Positions 46,731-55,988 of a stretch of 64,000 nt of DNA are shown one piece after another; the stretch's first letter is position 1; each line of letters opens with the position of its first letter. A program made the translations under genes and the position numbers. Source of the DNA: Candidatus Poribacteria bacterium WGA-3G (GTDB taxonomy: Bacteria; Poribacteria; WGA-4E; WGA-3G); assembly GCA_000406005.1 (NCBI GenBank), contig ASZN01000007.1, forward strand, positions 937-64,936, in the 5' to 3' direction. The notes under the pieces were generated by a model. That model was given only the letters and a program-made list of their open reading frames with translations, made no database searches and was not told the origin of the DNA.

Positions 46731-47516
46731 CTACGAGAAACCCATCTCTTTCAAGTTCGTCAGACTGATGCCCAAACTCTCAAACGGATCACGTTCATAA
46801 CAGGTATCCTGCTCAATGATGTACCATTCCACACCCGCATAGATACATGCGTCTAAGATGGACGGCCAATTAAGATTGCCTTCGCCGACTTCAGCATAAC
46901 GTTGCGTGGAACCTTGCATCGCCATATCCTTGAGATGAATGATGTCGGCGCGTCCTTTCAACTGACGTATCCACGCCGTCGGATCGCCACCACCGTGCTG
47001 AATCCAATACGTATCCAACTCGCTCTTAAAGTATTTCGGATCGCTCTCGGCATACAGAATTTCCAACCCTGTCCGTCCGTCATAGCGTTCCAACTCGAAA
47101 CTGTGATTGTGATAGGAAAAAGTCAATCCGCCTTCAGCGAGTCGGGCAGCGACTTCGGAGGCTTCCTTCGCGAACCTCGCATACCCTTCAGCCGTACGGT
47201 ATTCACCGGGGAGACCACCGATTGCGGCGTGCTTACATCCCCATAATCGGTGTTCATCAATGACGGCTTGCGGTTCATCACGCATCCGGTCATAACTCGT
47301 ATGCGTCGCGATGATACTGATACCTTCGCCGTCAACGATGTTTTTCAGTGCTGCCGGTTCAATCGGACCGAGCGCGGAGCATTGCACCGCCTCATATCCG
47401 AGTTGTCGAACCTTTTTCATCGTTTCTGCAATATCGGCTTCGGTTTTAGTAAACTCTCTAACGGTATAAAGCTGCGCTGCGATCTGTTTCGCAGAGCGCG
47501 CGTTTTGTGTTGCCAT
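46731..47516 (-). CDS. sugar phosphate isomerase/epimerase (xylose isomerase-like TIM barrel)
   Basis: Family-typical length and segments (YHNHSFEL, IIHLKD, VEWYIIEQD). Confidence 0.7.
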   Translation of the reverse strand: MATQNARSAKQIAAQLYTVREFTKTEADIAETMKKVRQLGYEAVQCSALGPIEPAALKNIVDGEGISIIATHTSYDRMRDEPQAVIDEHRLWGCKHAAIGGLPGEYRTAEGYARFAKEASEVAARLAEGGLTFSYHNHSFELERYDGRTGLEILYAESDPKYFKSELDTYWIQHGGGDPTAWIRQLKGRADIIHLKDMAMQGSTQRYAEVGEGNLNWPSILDACIYAGVEWYIIEQDTCYERDPFESLGISLTNLKEMGFS

Positions 47517-47677
47517 ATTAATGTCTCCTTACAATTGCCTTATGCTATTTGCGGAAAGTATTATATCAGAAAAGAATTGAACCGTCAAGATAATCCTTTA
47601 ATCCCGAAAACCCTAATTCAAAGATCACAAAAAATTTTATTTGCATATAAAAGGCAATTTTAGTAAACTGTTACATC

Positions 47678-48028
47678 ATGATGAACCCTTTTTTCTTTGG
47701 TGGTAAAGGACTCGGTTCTTTTCGTCTTTTCCGCCTCCTCCTCCATTTCCCAAATTTCGTTAAACTGGCGTGGCGGCTGTTTAACGATGAACGCGTTCCG
47801 ATCTATCGAAAAGCGATCTTTATCTGCGCCGAATTATGCGCAATCGCTTTTGCTATCCTTTATTTAATAAATCCGCTCGATTTTGATTTTCTGCCGATCA
47901 TCGGGCGATTTGACGATATTATTGTCGGTGTTCTTGTTATTCTTGTTCCCGGAACATGGCTCTTTATACGACTCTGCCCCGAACATATCGTCCGTGAACA
48001 CGTAGATCGGATCTCACGTAGCGAATGA
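47678..48028 (+). CDS. DUF1232 (YkvA-like) membrane protein
   Basis: INPLDFDFLPIIGRFDDIIV motif and two hydrophobic helices. Confidence 0.65.
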   Translation: MMNPFFFGGKGLGSFRLFRLLLHFPNFVKLAWRLFNDERVPIYRKAIFICAELCAIAFAILYLINPLDFDFLPIIGRFDDIIVGVLVILVPGTWLFIRLCPEHIVREHVDRISRSE

Positions 48029-48206
48029 GCGAAAACCGTCGTACATCATACCTTTTCAGGCACACCAAACTTTTCCAACTTTTTTGCAACTTTTTTTTTC
48101 AATAGGTGTGTCTCTATGATGTAAAAAAAATAGAAAAAAAGATAGTTCCGGTTACCCCTGAGACCGGAATTTCCCTAAAAAAACCGATCACATTGGAGGT
48201 TATACC

Positions 48207-49793
48207 ATGACACTCAGACAGACATTTCAGAAACCTATACGGGTACTTATGATTCTATCAGCACTCATCGTCGTCACCGGACTCGTCATCGGTTGGGATA
48301 CAGATGAACTGACAATGCAAACCGCAATCGGACAGACGAAGGACACACTTCAAACATCCGAAGATTTTCAGTATCTCGAACGCGCAAACCGAGCATTTAT
48401 TAACTTGGTGAAACAGACACGTCCAGCAGTTGTACAAATTACAACACAGACGAAACGAAATCAAAGCAGAGCACCGGAACGTCTTCTCCCAGATGATATT
48501 TACAAATTCTTCTTCGGCCCCGAACCTGATCCAAGACGTGAACAGGAAAGGGACCCTGATCCCATCCAAGGCCTCGGTTCCGGTGTAATCGTCCGTGAGG
48601 ACGGTTATATTTTGACAAACAATCATGTCATTGACGGTGTTGATCATATTACTGTTAAACTCGCAAACGGGCGCGAATATCCAGCAAAATTAGTCGGGAG
48701 CGATCCGGGACAATTTAACCGCAACGGTGGCGGAAGCGATCTCGCACTCCTTAAGATTGATGCCGATAACCTACCTGCCCTGCAATTCGGTGATTCGGAC
48801 GCACTCGAGGTCGGTGAATGGGTTATCGCAATCGGATCGCCGCTCGGTTTGACGCAGACTGTGACGCGTGGAATCGTTAGTGCAAAAGGTAGAGATCGCA
48901 ACAGCAGCTTGGTTGCGTTCGGTAACTTTATTCAAACAGACGCACCCATTAACCGCGGGAACAGCGGCGGCGCACTGATTAACATCCGCGGCGAATTGGT
49001 CGGTATTAATACCTTAATTGCTAGCGGTGGTTCCACCATGGGAAATATCGGCATCGGTTTCGCTATTCCCAGCAACTTGGCACAACAACTTATGCCCTCC
49101 CTGATTGAAGACGGACGCGTCGTACGCGGGTGGCTCGGAATCTACATGGATCCCGTGGATCACGATTTAGCAGATAAACTCCAGTTTGAGGAACCGAGAG
49201 GCGTTGTTGTTGAGTCTGTTGTCCAAAATAGTCCTGCTGAAAAAGCTGGCATTCAGCCTCGAGATATTATCCTCGAATTTGATGGTGAAGTCGTTCGGGA
49301 CATTAATCATCTAAGGTATACCGTCGCCGCCAAGAGGGTCGGGAAACCTATTAAAATAAAAGTACTCCGAAAAGGCACCCAAGAAAAGCAACTCACTGTC
49401 AAATTAGCAGAGCGCACCGCAGAAGCCGTTGCCAGAGCCGAAGGAAGCACCATTCAAGAGGACCAAACGGAATCATTCGCTGGTCTCCGCGTACGAAATC
49501 TGACACCTTCAATCGCTGATCGTTTTGGCTACGCTTCAAAGGAAACCGGCGTGATTGTCGCAGAAGTCGCAGATGATAGCGATGCCGCAAGACAAGGCAT
49601 CAGACCCGGGGCCCTTATTCAAGAAATCGAATGGGAACCAGTTGACAACTTGGACACCTATATCGAAATTGTGACGGAACTGAAAAAACAGAATAAGGAA
49701 AAAGTTCTCCTTTATGTCAAATCCGTTGATGGACTTCGTGGTGGATACGTTAGTGGATACCTTACAGTCAGAGTTGCTACATCAGACCGGTAA
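48207..49793 (+). CDS. htrA: HtrA/DegP-family serine protease with two PDZ domains
   Basis: GSGVIVREDGYILTNNHV (His), DLALLKI (Asp), GNSGGAL (Ser), and two PDZ-like segments. N-terminal TM/signal. Confidence 0.85.
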   Translation: MTLRQTFQKPIRVLMILSALIVVTGLVIGWDTDELTMQTAIGQTKDTLQTSEDFQYLERANRAFINLVKQTRPAVVQITTQTKRNQSRAPERLLPDDIYKFFFGPEPDPRREQERDPDPIQGLGSGVIVREDGYILTNNHVIDGVDHITVKLANGREYPAKLVGSDPGQFNRNGGGSDLALLKIDADNLPALQFGDSDALEVGEWVIAIGSPLGLTQTVTRGIVSAKGRDRNSSLVAFGNFIQTDAPINRGNSGGALINIRGELVGINTLIASGGSTMGNIGIGFAIPSNLAQQLMPSLIEDGRVVRGWLGIYMDPVDHDLADKLQFEEPRGVVVESVVQNSPAEKAGIQPRDIILEFDGEVVRDINHLRYTVAAKRVGKPIKIKVLRKGTQEKQLTVKLAERTAEAVARAEGSTIQEDQTESFAGLRVRNLTPSIADRFGYASKETGVIVAEVADDSDAARQGIRPGALIQEIEWEPVDNLDTYIEIVTELKKQNKEKVLLYVKSVDGLRGGYVSGYLTVRVATSDR

Positions 49794-49829
49794 ATACCGT
49801 CTTATCGTGCGGTTCACGGATTAATGCTT

Positions 49830-49881
49830 GACGGATAGTTGTTTCTGTGGTACACTGCACAGAAATAACTATCCGTCTTTT
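49830..49881 (+). terminator. intrinsic terminator of htrA
   Basis: About 20-bp stem GACGGATAGTTGTTTCTGTG / CACAGAAATAACTATCCGTC, followed by TTTT. Confidence 0.8.
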
Positions 49882-49910
49882 GTAGAATAGGCTGTTAGCC
49901 TGTTCAATCT
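49882..49910. repeat. solo copy of the A-type unit GTAGAATAGGCTGTTAGCCTGTTCAATCT
   Basis: Identical to the unit at 28376-28403. Confidence 0.8.
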
Positions 49911-50034
49911 TGTGCTTTTTCTACGAGTTCAACACCGATCAAAACTTGTAGAAAAATGGAAACATCCTTGGAAACACAATACGAAATGGGCAGAAACTGT
50001 CCAAACTATTGGAATAATATGAGGTCAGGTTTTG

Positions 50035-50112
50035 ATGAAAGCACAACGCGTTGTTTGGCCCAGCCGCGCCAAAGTTGAGGTCGAGACGTTTGAATTACCA
50101 CCTATCGGAGGT
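50035..50112 (+). pseudogene. N-terminal fragment of a Zn-dependent (MDR-family) dehydrogenase
   Basis: MKAQRVVWPSRAKVEVETFELPPIGG matches the usual MKA..........v.v.e...P.ig start. Homology stops at the IsrB element. Confidence 0.5.
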
Positions 50113-50315
50113 CAACTACCCAAGTCTAAAGACTAGGGCTTGTGAACATCCGTAGCCACACGGGGACCCACAAGTTAAACGGTTTTCTAGAGTAAAATAT
50201 CGAGTATCTCGTGGTGGCACACGCACAGACGGTATGGATGCTCCCCAAGTCTATACCCGCTCTGATACGTGATCTCGAAGGGGAAACATATAACCCGAAA
50301 GGGAACTTACGATGA
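50095..50315 (+). ncRNA. candidate omega-RNA (guide plus scaffold) of the IsrB element
   Basis: It occupies the position immediately 5' of the IsrB ORF, as in IscB/IsrB loci. Stems are CTTGTG/CACAAG, CCGT/ACGG, CGAG-TAT-CTCG and CCC-GAAA-GGG. A possible long-range pairing is CATCCGTAGCC with GGTATGGATG. Boundaries are approximate. Confidence 0.5.
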
Positions 50316-51360
50316 ACTTCGTTCCTGTGAAAAGTAAAGATGGCGAAAGGCTCATGCCGACAACACCCACGCGTGCAGGCATGATGATCAAATGTGGAGA
50401 CGCTACCCCTTATTGGGATCAGGGTGTATTCTGTATCCGACTTAACAGAGAACCCTCGAAACGATTCAAACAAGAGATTGTTGTCGGTGTAGACCCCGGT
50501 AGTAAGAAAGAAGGCTTTACCGTCAAATCCGAATCTCATACCTACTTGAATGTGCAAGCCAATGCTCATAGTGGCGTTAGTAAGAAAGTCGCCAAGCGTC
50601 GAGAGTTGCGTAGAAGCCGACGTTCCCGAAAGTGTCCGAACCGCAAGAACCGGACGAACCGTCTTGCGAACGAAGAGCGTATCCCCGCAGGCACGCGTGC
50701 GAGGTGGGATTGGAAACTTCGTATCCTTGATTGGCTGTCGAAACTGTATCCCGTCACATACGTCTGTGTTGAAGATATTAAGGCGCGAACAATAGAACGT
50801 GCGAAGAAATGGAATACCTCTTTTAGTCCACTTGAAGTCGGTAAGCAGTGGTTTTATACCGAAATCCGAAAACGGTGGGAGTTGCTAACCCTTCAAGGGT
50901 GGCAAACCAAAGAGATACGCGATAGGTTAGGTCTGAAGAAGTCGTCAGAGAAGATGTCAGAAACTTTTGACGCACATTGCGTGGATGCCTACTGCTTGGC
51001 GTATCACACGGTTGGCGGTTCGGGTGTCCCTGATAACACGGACTTACTGTGTGTTTCACCGATACCGATAAAGCGAAGAGAGCTGCATAGGCAACAAGAA
51101 GCGAAGGGTGGTAAACGCTCACGCGTGGGTGGCACTGTATTAGGTCCAGGTCTAATTAAAAACACATTGATTCGGCATGTCAAATACGGATTGACCCGAC
51201 TCGCTGGCGTTAACGCAAAAGGTGTGTTTTCAATATACAGCATGGAAAACAAACGATTAACCACAGGTGCGAAGCGGTCTGATTTCAGAGTGCTAACACG
51301 CCTCAACTTTTATTACAGGAGCGGGCATTCCTCCCAAGCATAAATACTTGGGGCTCCTGC
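50110..51360 (+). mobile_element. non-autonomous IS200/IS605-family (IsrB-only) element
   Basis: IsrB plus the upstream RNA region, flanked by the two dehydrogenase gene fragments. No TnpA is present. A hairpin CCCAAG..CTTGGG spans the stop codon (51333-51352). Ends are approximate. Confidence 0.55.
50312..51343 (+). CDS. IsrB (IscB-like RuvC nuclease lacking HNH), OMEGA-family RNA-guided nickase homologue
   Basis: PLMP domain (DGERLMPTTPTRAGMMIK), RuvC-I VVGVDPGSKKEGF, Arg-rich bridge helix KRRELRRSRRSRK, RuvC-II YVCVEDIK and RuvC-III FDAHCVDAYCLA. No HNH insert. 343 aa. Confidence 0.8.
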   Translation: MNFVPVKSKDGERLMPTTPTRAGMMIKCGDATPYWDQGVFCIRLNREPSKRFKQEIVVGVDPGSKKEGFTVKSESHTYLNVQANAHSGVSKKVAKRRELRRSRRSRKCPNRKNRTNRLANEERIPAGTRARWDWKLRILDWLSKLYPVTYVCVEDIKARTIERAKKWNTSFSPLEVGKQWFYTEIRKRWELLTLQGWQTKEIRDRLGLKKSSEKMSETFDAHCVDAYCLAYHTVGGSGVPDNTDLLCVSPIPIKRRELHRQQEAKGGKRSRVGGTVLGPGLIKNTLIRHVKYGLTRLAGVNAKGVFSIYSMENKRLTTGAKRSDFRVLTRLNFYYRSGHSSQA

Positions 51361-51361
51361 C

Positions 51362-51538
51362 CGAAGATTAGATGACAGCCGCTTACTGTTGACACTCATC
51401 GCTGAAAAACGATTCGACGTTGCACCGTTGATTAGCCATCGCATCCCTGGAGAAGAAGCACCGAAAGCATATCAACTCCTTATGGAATGGAATCCCGGTC
51501 TACTTGGTGTTGTTCTTCAGTGGAACAACGAGATGTAG
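51362..51538 (+). pseudogene. C-terminal fragment of the same Zn-dependent dehydrogenase family
   Basis: LLLTLIAEKRFDVAPLISHRIPGEEAPKAYQLLMEWNPGLLGVVLQW is the typical MDR C-terminus. Confidence 0.5.
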
Positions 51539-51564
51539 ATGCTTGTGAATCTGTCAAAAAGTTC

Positions 51565-51593
51565 TTGACTGTTTTGGAAACATTTTGTAAAAT
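51565..51593 (+). promoter_or_regulatory. promoter TTGACT-17-TAAAAT upstream of EF-G
   Basis: Exact 17-nt spacer with TG at the extended -10 position. Confidence 0.5.
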
Positions 51594-51700
51594 GCTGCGT
51601 AAGTCCTACAGGGGTAACGGCCAATGCCCGCTAATCTCCACAGGCGTGATTTCATATCATAAGAACTGTCCACTCTCTGGACAGTACGTTAGGAAAAAAT

Positions 51701-53854
51701 ATGGCACGCGAATATCCGATTGAAAACGTGCGCAACATCGGAATTGCAGCACACATAGATGCCGGCAAGACAACGACCACCGAACGAATCCTTTTCTACA
51801 CCGGCAAAAAACATAAAATCGGTGCCGTGGACGACGGCACGGCTGAGATGGATTGGATGGTACAGGAACGCGAACGCGGCGTGACGATCACCGCCGCCGC
51901 AACAACCTGCTTCTGGGATAAACACGCAATTCATCTCATCGATACACCCGGACACGTCGATTTCACAGTAGAAGTAGAACGTTCTTTACGGGTTTTGGAC
52001 GGTGTTGTCGCACTTTTCTGCGCCGTCGGCGGGGTCGAACCCCAATCAGAAACCGTCTGGCAACAAGCCGATCGCTACCAGGTACCACGGATCGTGTTTG
52101 TTAATAAAATGGATAGAGTCGGCGCGAACTACGAACGCGTCTTGGAGATGATGAAAGAACAGTTGGGCGCGAATCCGCTACCCCTCCAACTCCCCATCGG
52201 AGAAGGAACCGAATTTGAAGGCGTTATTGATCTGGTAACACAAAAGGCACTACGCTGGGACGCAGCAGACCAAGGACAAACCTATTTAGAGGCGGAAATC
52301 CCAACTGAATTCCAAGATGAAGTCGAAGCAGCACGAGAAAGCCTCTTTGAGACTGTCGCCGTTGAAGACGAGATACTACTTGAAAAATACTTGGGCGGCG
52401 AAGAAATCACACACGATGAATTAGTGACGGCTGTTCGCACAGCGACGCTAAACGGTGCTTTCGTACCAGTTCTGTGTGGAAGTTCTCTAAAAAATCAAGG
52501 GGTCCAACCGCTACTTGACGCAGTCATCAACTTTTTGCCATCACCCGTTGATGTGCCACCTATTGAAGGCGCAGCACCAGAACCGACCTCCGGCAGCAGA
52601 CGTTCCAAGCGCACAGGAGGTCCCACTGAAACAGATAAAGTGATACGTCCGGCAGACGACACGGCGCCTTTCTCAGCCTTAGCGTTCAAAGTGGCGAGCC
52701 ATCCAACCGTAGACAAACTCGTTTATTGTCGAATCTACTCTGGCACGCTCAGGCGTGGCGAGGCAGTCTACAACGTCCGTTCCCAGAAACGCGAGCGCGT
52801 CAATCGCATTCTACAAATGCACGCCAACAAAGAGGCGGTCTCCGATGCCGCTTATGCCGGCGACATCGTCGCACTCGTCGGGCTTAAAGATACCAAAACA
52901 GCGGATACACTGACAGACCCGAAAGAACCCATTCTGTTAGAATCTATCACTTTTCCCGAACCCGTTATCTCCATCGCTATTGAACCTGAACGCGCAAGCG
53001 ATGCTGACGCACTCGAAGAGACACTCGAAAAATTGATGGACGAAGACCCGACCTTCACCGTCGGAATTGACCAAGAAACCGGACAGCGAATTATCTCCGG
53101 AATGGGTGAACTTCATCTCGAAATCTTGACCGATAGAATGATCCGTGAGTTTGGCGTGAACGCCCGGGTGAGTAAACTCCAAGTATCGTATCGCGAAACC
53201 ATAAGTACCACGGCAGAAGCGCGTGGAAAGCACATCCATAAAACCGATGAAGAAGGTATCTACGGTGATGTACAACTCACCGTGGAACCCTTAGAACGCG
53301 GCGCAGGGTTTCAGTTTGAAGATAACTCCGACGAAACACAGATTCCGAGGCAATACATCCCGTTTATTGAGAAAGCCCTCGAGGGAGCCATGATAACAGG
53401 CCCCCGCATCGGATACCCCATGCAAGATGTGAAGGCAACGCTCACCGGCGGTTCCTATCACCCAACCGATTCCTCGGAGGTCGCCTTCGAGGCAGCAGCC
53501 GTCCACGCCTTCGAGAACGCAGTCAGAAAGGCGAACCCCTTAATCTTAGAGCCGATTATGCGGATACACATCACCGTTCCTGATGAACATGTCGGTAAAG
53601 TTATCGGTGATCTGAATTCCCGGCGCGCACATATGAATGAAAGCGTGGCACAAGACACATCCGAAACAGGAAATACATCGCAATTGCGGCGAGACATCAT
53701 CAACGCTTTTATACCGTTATCAGAAACATTTCAATATACGACACATCTCCGTTCGATGACGCAGGGACGGGGCGCCTTTACGTTGGAATTCTCACACTAC
53801 GAGAGAGTGCCAGAGTCACTTGCACCGGGTGCGAAACTTGCAGGCACGGTTTAA
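51701..53854 (+). CDS. fusA: elongation factor G (stand-alone copy, not in an rpsL-rpsG-fusA-tuf context)
   Basis: [23 protein letters not shown] and NKMDR, plus domains III-V. An approximately 30-aa Arg/Ser/Thr-rich insert ([23 protein letters not shown]) is present. Confidence 0.8.
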   Translation: MAREYPIENVRNIGIAAHIDAGKTTTTERILFYTGKKHKIGAVDDGTAEMDWMVQERERGVTITAAATTCFWDKHAIHLIDTPGHVDFTVEVERSLRVLDGVVALFCAVGGVEPQSETVWQQADRYQVPRIVFVNKMDRVGANYERVLEMMKEQLGANPLPLQLPIGEGTEFEGVIDLVTQKALRWDAADQGQTYLEAEIPTEFQDEVEAARESLFETVAVEDEILLEKYLGGEEITHDELVTAVRTATLNGAFVPVLCGSSLKNQGVQPLLDAVINFLPSPVDVPPIEGAAPEPTSGSRRSKRTGGPTETDKVIRPADDTAPFSALAFKVASHPTVDKLVYCRIYSGTLRRGEAVYNVRSQKRERVNRILQMHANKEAVSDAAYAGDIVALVGLKDTKTADTLTDPKEPILLESITFPEPVISIAIEPERASDADALEETLEKLMDEDPTFTVGIDQETGQRIISGMGELHLEILTDRMIREFGVNARVSKLQVSYRETISTTAEARGKHIHKTDEEGIYGDVQLTVEPLERGAGFQFEDNSDETQIPRQYIPFIEKALEGAMITGPRIGYPMQDVKATLTGGSYHPTDSSEVAFEAAAVHAFENAVRKANPLILEPIMRIHITVPDEHVGKVIGDLNSRRAHMNESVAQDTSETGNTSQLRRDIINAFIPLSETFQYTTHLRSMTQGRGAFTLEFSHYERVPESLAPGAKLAGTV

Positions 53855-55032
53855 CGTCCGTGCGCTTTCATCACCGCTCGGAGTTCCGCTAACGGGATCG
53901 CGCGCATCGTTCTACCGTTGCGTCCGGTTGTTGTCGTTGCCATCGTCATCGAATTGACGATAGCCTCCTCAGTCGCCTCAATAACGGCTCCGAAAAGTGA
54001 ACTCAAGTTGCCATTGGTGAGCATCTCAATCTGAAAGGTACCGGCTTCAGTCCGGCTCGGGAAGATGTTCGCAGTAGAAAACGCGATAACGAATTCGCCG
54101 CTACCGTCCGTACTCGGTGTCCCCGTACGCGCAAGTCCGTGTGTCGCGCGGATCGCTAACTGTTTTAACTGGCGATGTGTTAGGGGCGCATCCGTCGCAA
54201 CAACAATAATAAATGAGCCGTCTCTGGTCGGCCTCGGCGGATCAGCGATCTCGCTACCGACCGGCACACCGTCAATTCGCAATTGATGCCGTCTGCCGCC
54301 GTTGGAATTGACGAGGACACCCACTGTCCATCCACCACGATCTTCGGGTAAGACGCGGGAGGATGTACCGATCCCGGCTTTAAACCCGTAGCACCGCATG
54401 CCAGTGCCACCCCCGACACAACCTTCAGCAACGGGACCATCGGTCGCGTTCTCAATGGCTTCAATCGCGTGCTCCGCCGTGACATGCAGCCCGCTGATGT
54501 CGTTCAGACCCCCATCGTAACACTCCGCCACAATCGGTAGCACGATGTTGTTGTCCGGATACCGTTTGACAATGTAACGAACAACACCGTCATGAACCGC
54601 ACCAACACTGAGTGTATTAGTGAGTAGAATCGGGGATTCAACCCACCCGGCTTGGTTAATACGGGCAATACCCGTCGCTTCGCCGTTACCGTGAATCGTA
54701 TGTGCCGCACCGAACAGGCGCGCCGTCCAGATATCATCACTCGGAATGACAGCAGTGACACCCGTACGAATCGAATCACCTTCAGTCAAGGTAACGTGTC
54801 CGACTTTCACGCCAGAGACATCTGTAATCGCATTGTGCGTACCCGTCGGAAGCCTCCCGATCTGAATGCCGATGTCGCGAGCGCGCGCACGGACCTCCGA
54901 TCTTTCTCCGGGTTCGGCAGCGACACCACATATAGCATCCGTCCACAACACGACGATGATAACGGCGAAGCACACAATTTTCGTGTCACCCAAAATTACA
55001 CGGTATTGAACCCATTTAAACAACTTCTGCAT
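53851..55032 (-). CDS. P1/S58 (DmpA-type) aminopeptidase family protein
   Basis: [18 protein letters not shown], a [21 protein letters not shown]-type nucleophile region, and an N-terminal TM/signal. Confidence 0.65.
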   Translation of the reverse strand: MQKLFKWVQYRVILGDTKIVCFAVIIVVLWTDAICGVAAEPGERSEVRARARDIGIQIGRLPTGTHNAITDVSGVKVGHVTLTEGDSIRTGVTAVIPSDDIWTARLFGAAHTIHGNGEATGIARINQAGWVESPILLTNTLSVGAVHDGVVRYIVKRYPDNNIVLPIVAECYDGGLNDISGLHVTAEHAIEAIENATDGPVAEGCVGGGTGMRCYGFKAGIGTSSRVLPEDRGGWTVGVLVNSNGGRRHQLRIDGVPVGSEIADPPRPTRDGSFIIVVATDAPLTHRQLKQLAIRATHGLARTGTPSTDGSGEFVIAFSTANIFPSRTEAGTFQIEMLTNGNLSSLFGAVIEATEEAIVNSMTMATTTTGRNGRTMRAIPLAELRAVMKAHGR

Positions 55033-55570
55033 ATTCTAATTGATCCTTATAGATTTCGCGAATTTGGTTAAAGATAGCAATATATGCTGGAAGCCGGTAG
55101 TCAGGATAACTCCACTCCCACGGCTGGAACGTTTTACGATAAAAGCGGAGCGTAATCTCCGCATAAATGCCATCACGGAGATAGAGACGGTGCGCGTGAT
55201 CCTTCGTGGATGCAAGCACTAACTTTGCCAAACAGAGGTAACCCGCGTCTAAATTAACGCGCCGTGCCTCGCAATTCGGCTTTTTTAATGCAAATGTTTG
55301 CTCCACTGTATTCGTGAACACCTTCATCTCTGCCAACGTACCGGCATCAACGAGCCTTTCAAAACTGATAAATTGTCTCTGGATGTTCGGTCCCATCTCG
55401 GTTTCATAATAGCTTGTGCTTGTAAAAGGCATCAACTCGCTTGTAAAGTCAATAGGTCCGAGACGTTGTCGAAGTTCGGCATAAACGGTCGACAGGAGGC
55501 AAGGGTCCGTTGTCAGCACACCAATAACGGCTTTAACAGGTTGCGGCGTTGTAATGGTTCCCATATTCAC
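55016..55570 (-). CDS. DUF4416 family protein
   Basis: Pattern PVKAVIGVL...LGPIDFTSELMPFTSTSYYETEMGPNIQRQF...K.FTN.VE recalled from DUF4416 members. Confidence 0.5.
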   Translation of the reverse strand: MNMGTITTPQPVKAVIGVLTTDPCLLSTVYAELRQRLGPIDFTSELMPFTSTSYYETEMGPNIQRQFISFERLVDAGTLAEMKVFTNTVEQTFALKKPNCEARRVNLDAGYLCLAKLVLASTKDHAHRLYLRDGIYAEITLRFYRKTFQPWEWSYPDYRLPAYIAIFNQIREIYKDQLEYAEVV

Positions 55571-55838
55571 CTCCGTCGTCTAACCTCAGTTTCTTCCTGT
55601 AGGGGCGAGCTGCACCACTATTATTATCGAAGAACGGAAGAATGAAAGGATGGAAGGACTTCCCTTACACTTCCAATCTTCCAATCTTCCAATCTTCTTG
55701 TTGAGTATAGCAGACAGCATTTGAAGTGTCAATATTTCATTTGTCACCTCAAAAATTGCGGTTTAAGGGCAGAATATTTGGTATTTTTTTACGCTATCTT
55801 AAAAAAACGGTAAAAAAATGTATTTTTTGATTTTTTTC

Positions 55839-55867
55839 TTGACATTTTATGAAAAATAATGTATAAT
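55839..55867 (+). promoter_or_regulatory. consensus promoter TTGACA-17-TATAAT upstream of rpoB
   Basis: Both hexamers are perfect with a 17-nt AT-rich spacer. The promoter lies about 120 nt upstream of the rpoB start. Confidence 0.65.
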
Positions 55868-55988
55868 ATTCTGTTATGCTATTCTATGTCGCCATATTGA
55901 AACGGAAAAGTATCTGGGAGGCAGACTTTTTCGCAAAGCCTATTCATAAAAGCTGCGTAACCACCGCCAAATAGGGGGACTCTATTCA

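Noticed and set aside
50126-50569. 147-aa minus-strand ORF overlapping the omega-RNA region and the isrB start
   Set aside because: It has no motifs. It is antisense to a strongly supported IsrB N-terminus and to a structured RNA region.
55671-55694. (TTCCAATC)x3 microsatellite upstream of rpoB as a phase-variation tract
   Set aside because: There are only three units. They lie about 150 nt upstream of the consensus promoter and not between the -35 and -10 boxes or in a coding region. It is too weak to interpret.
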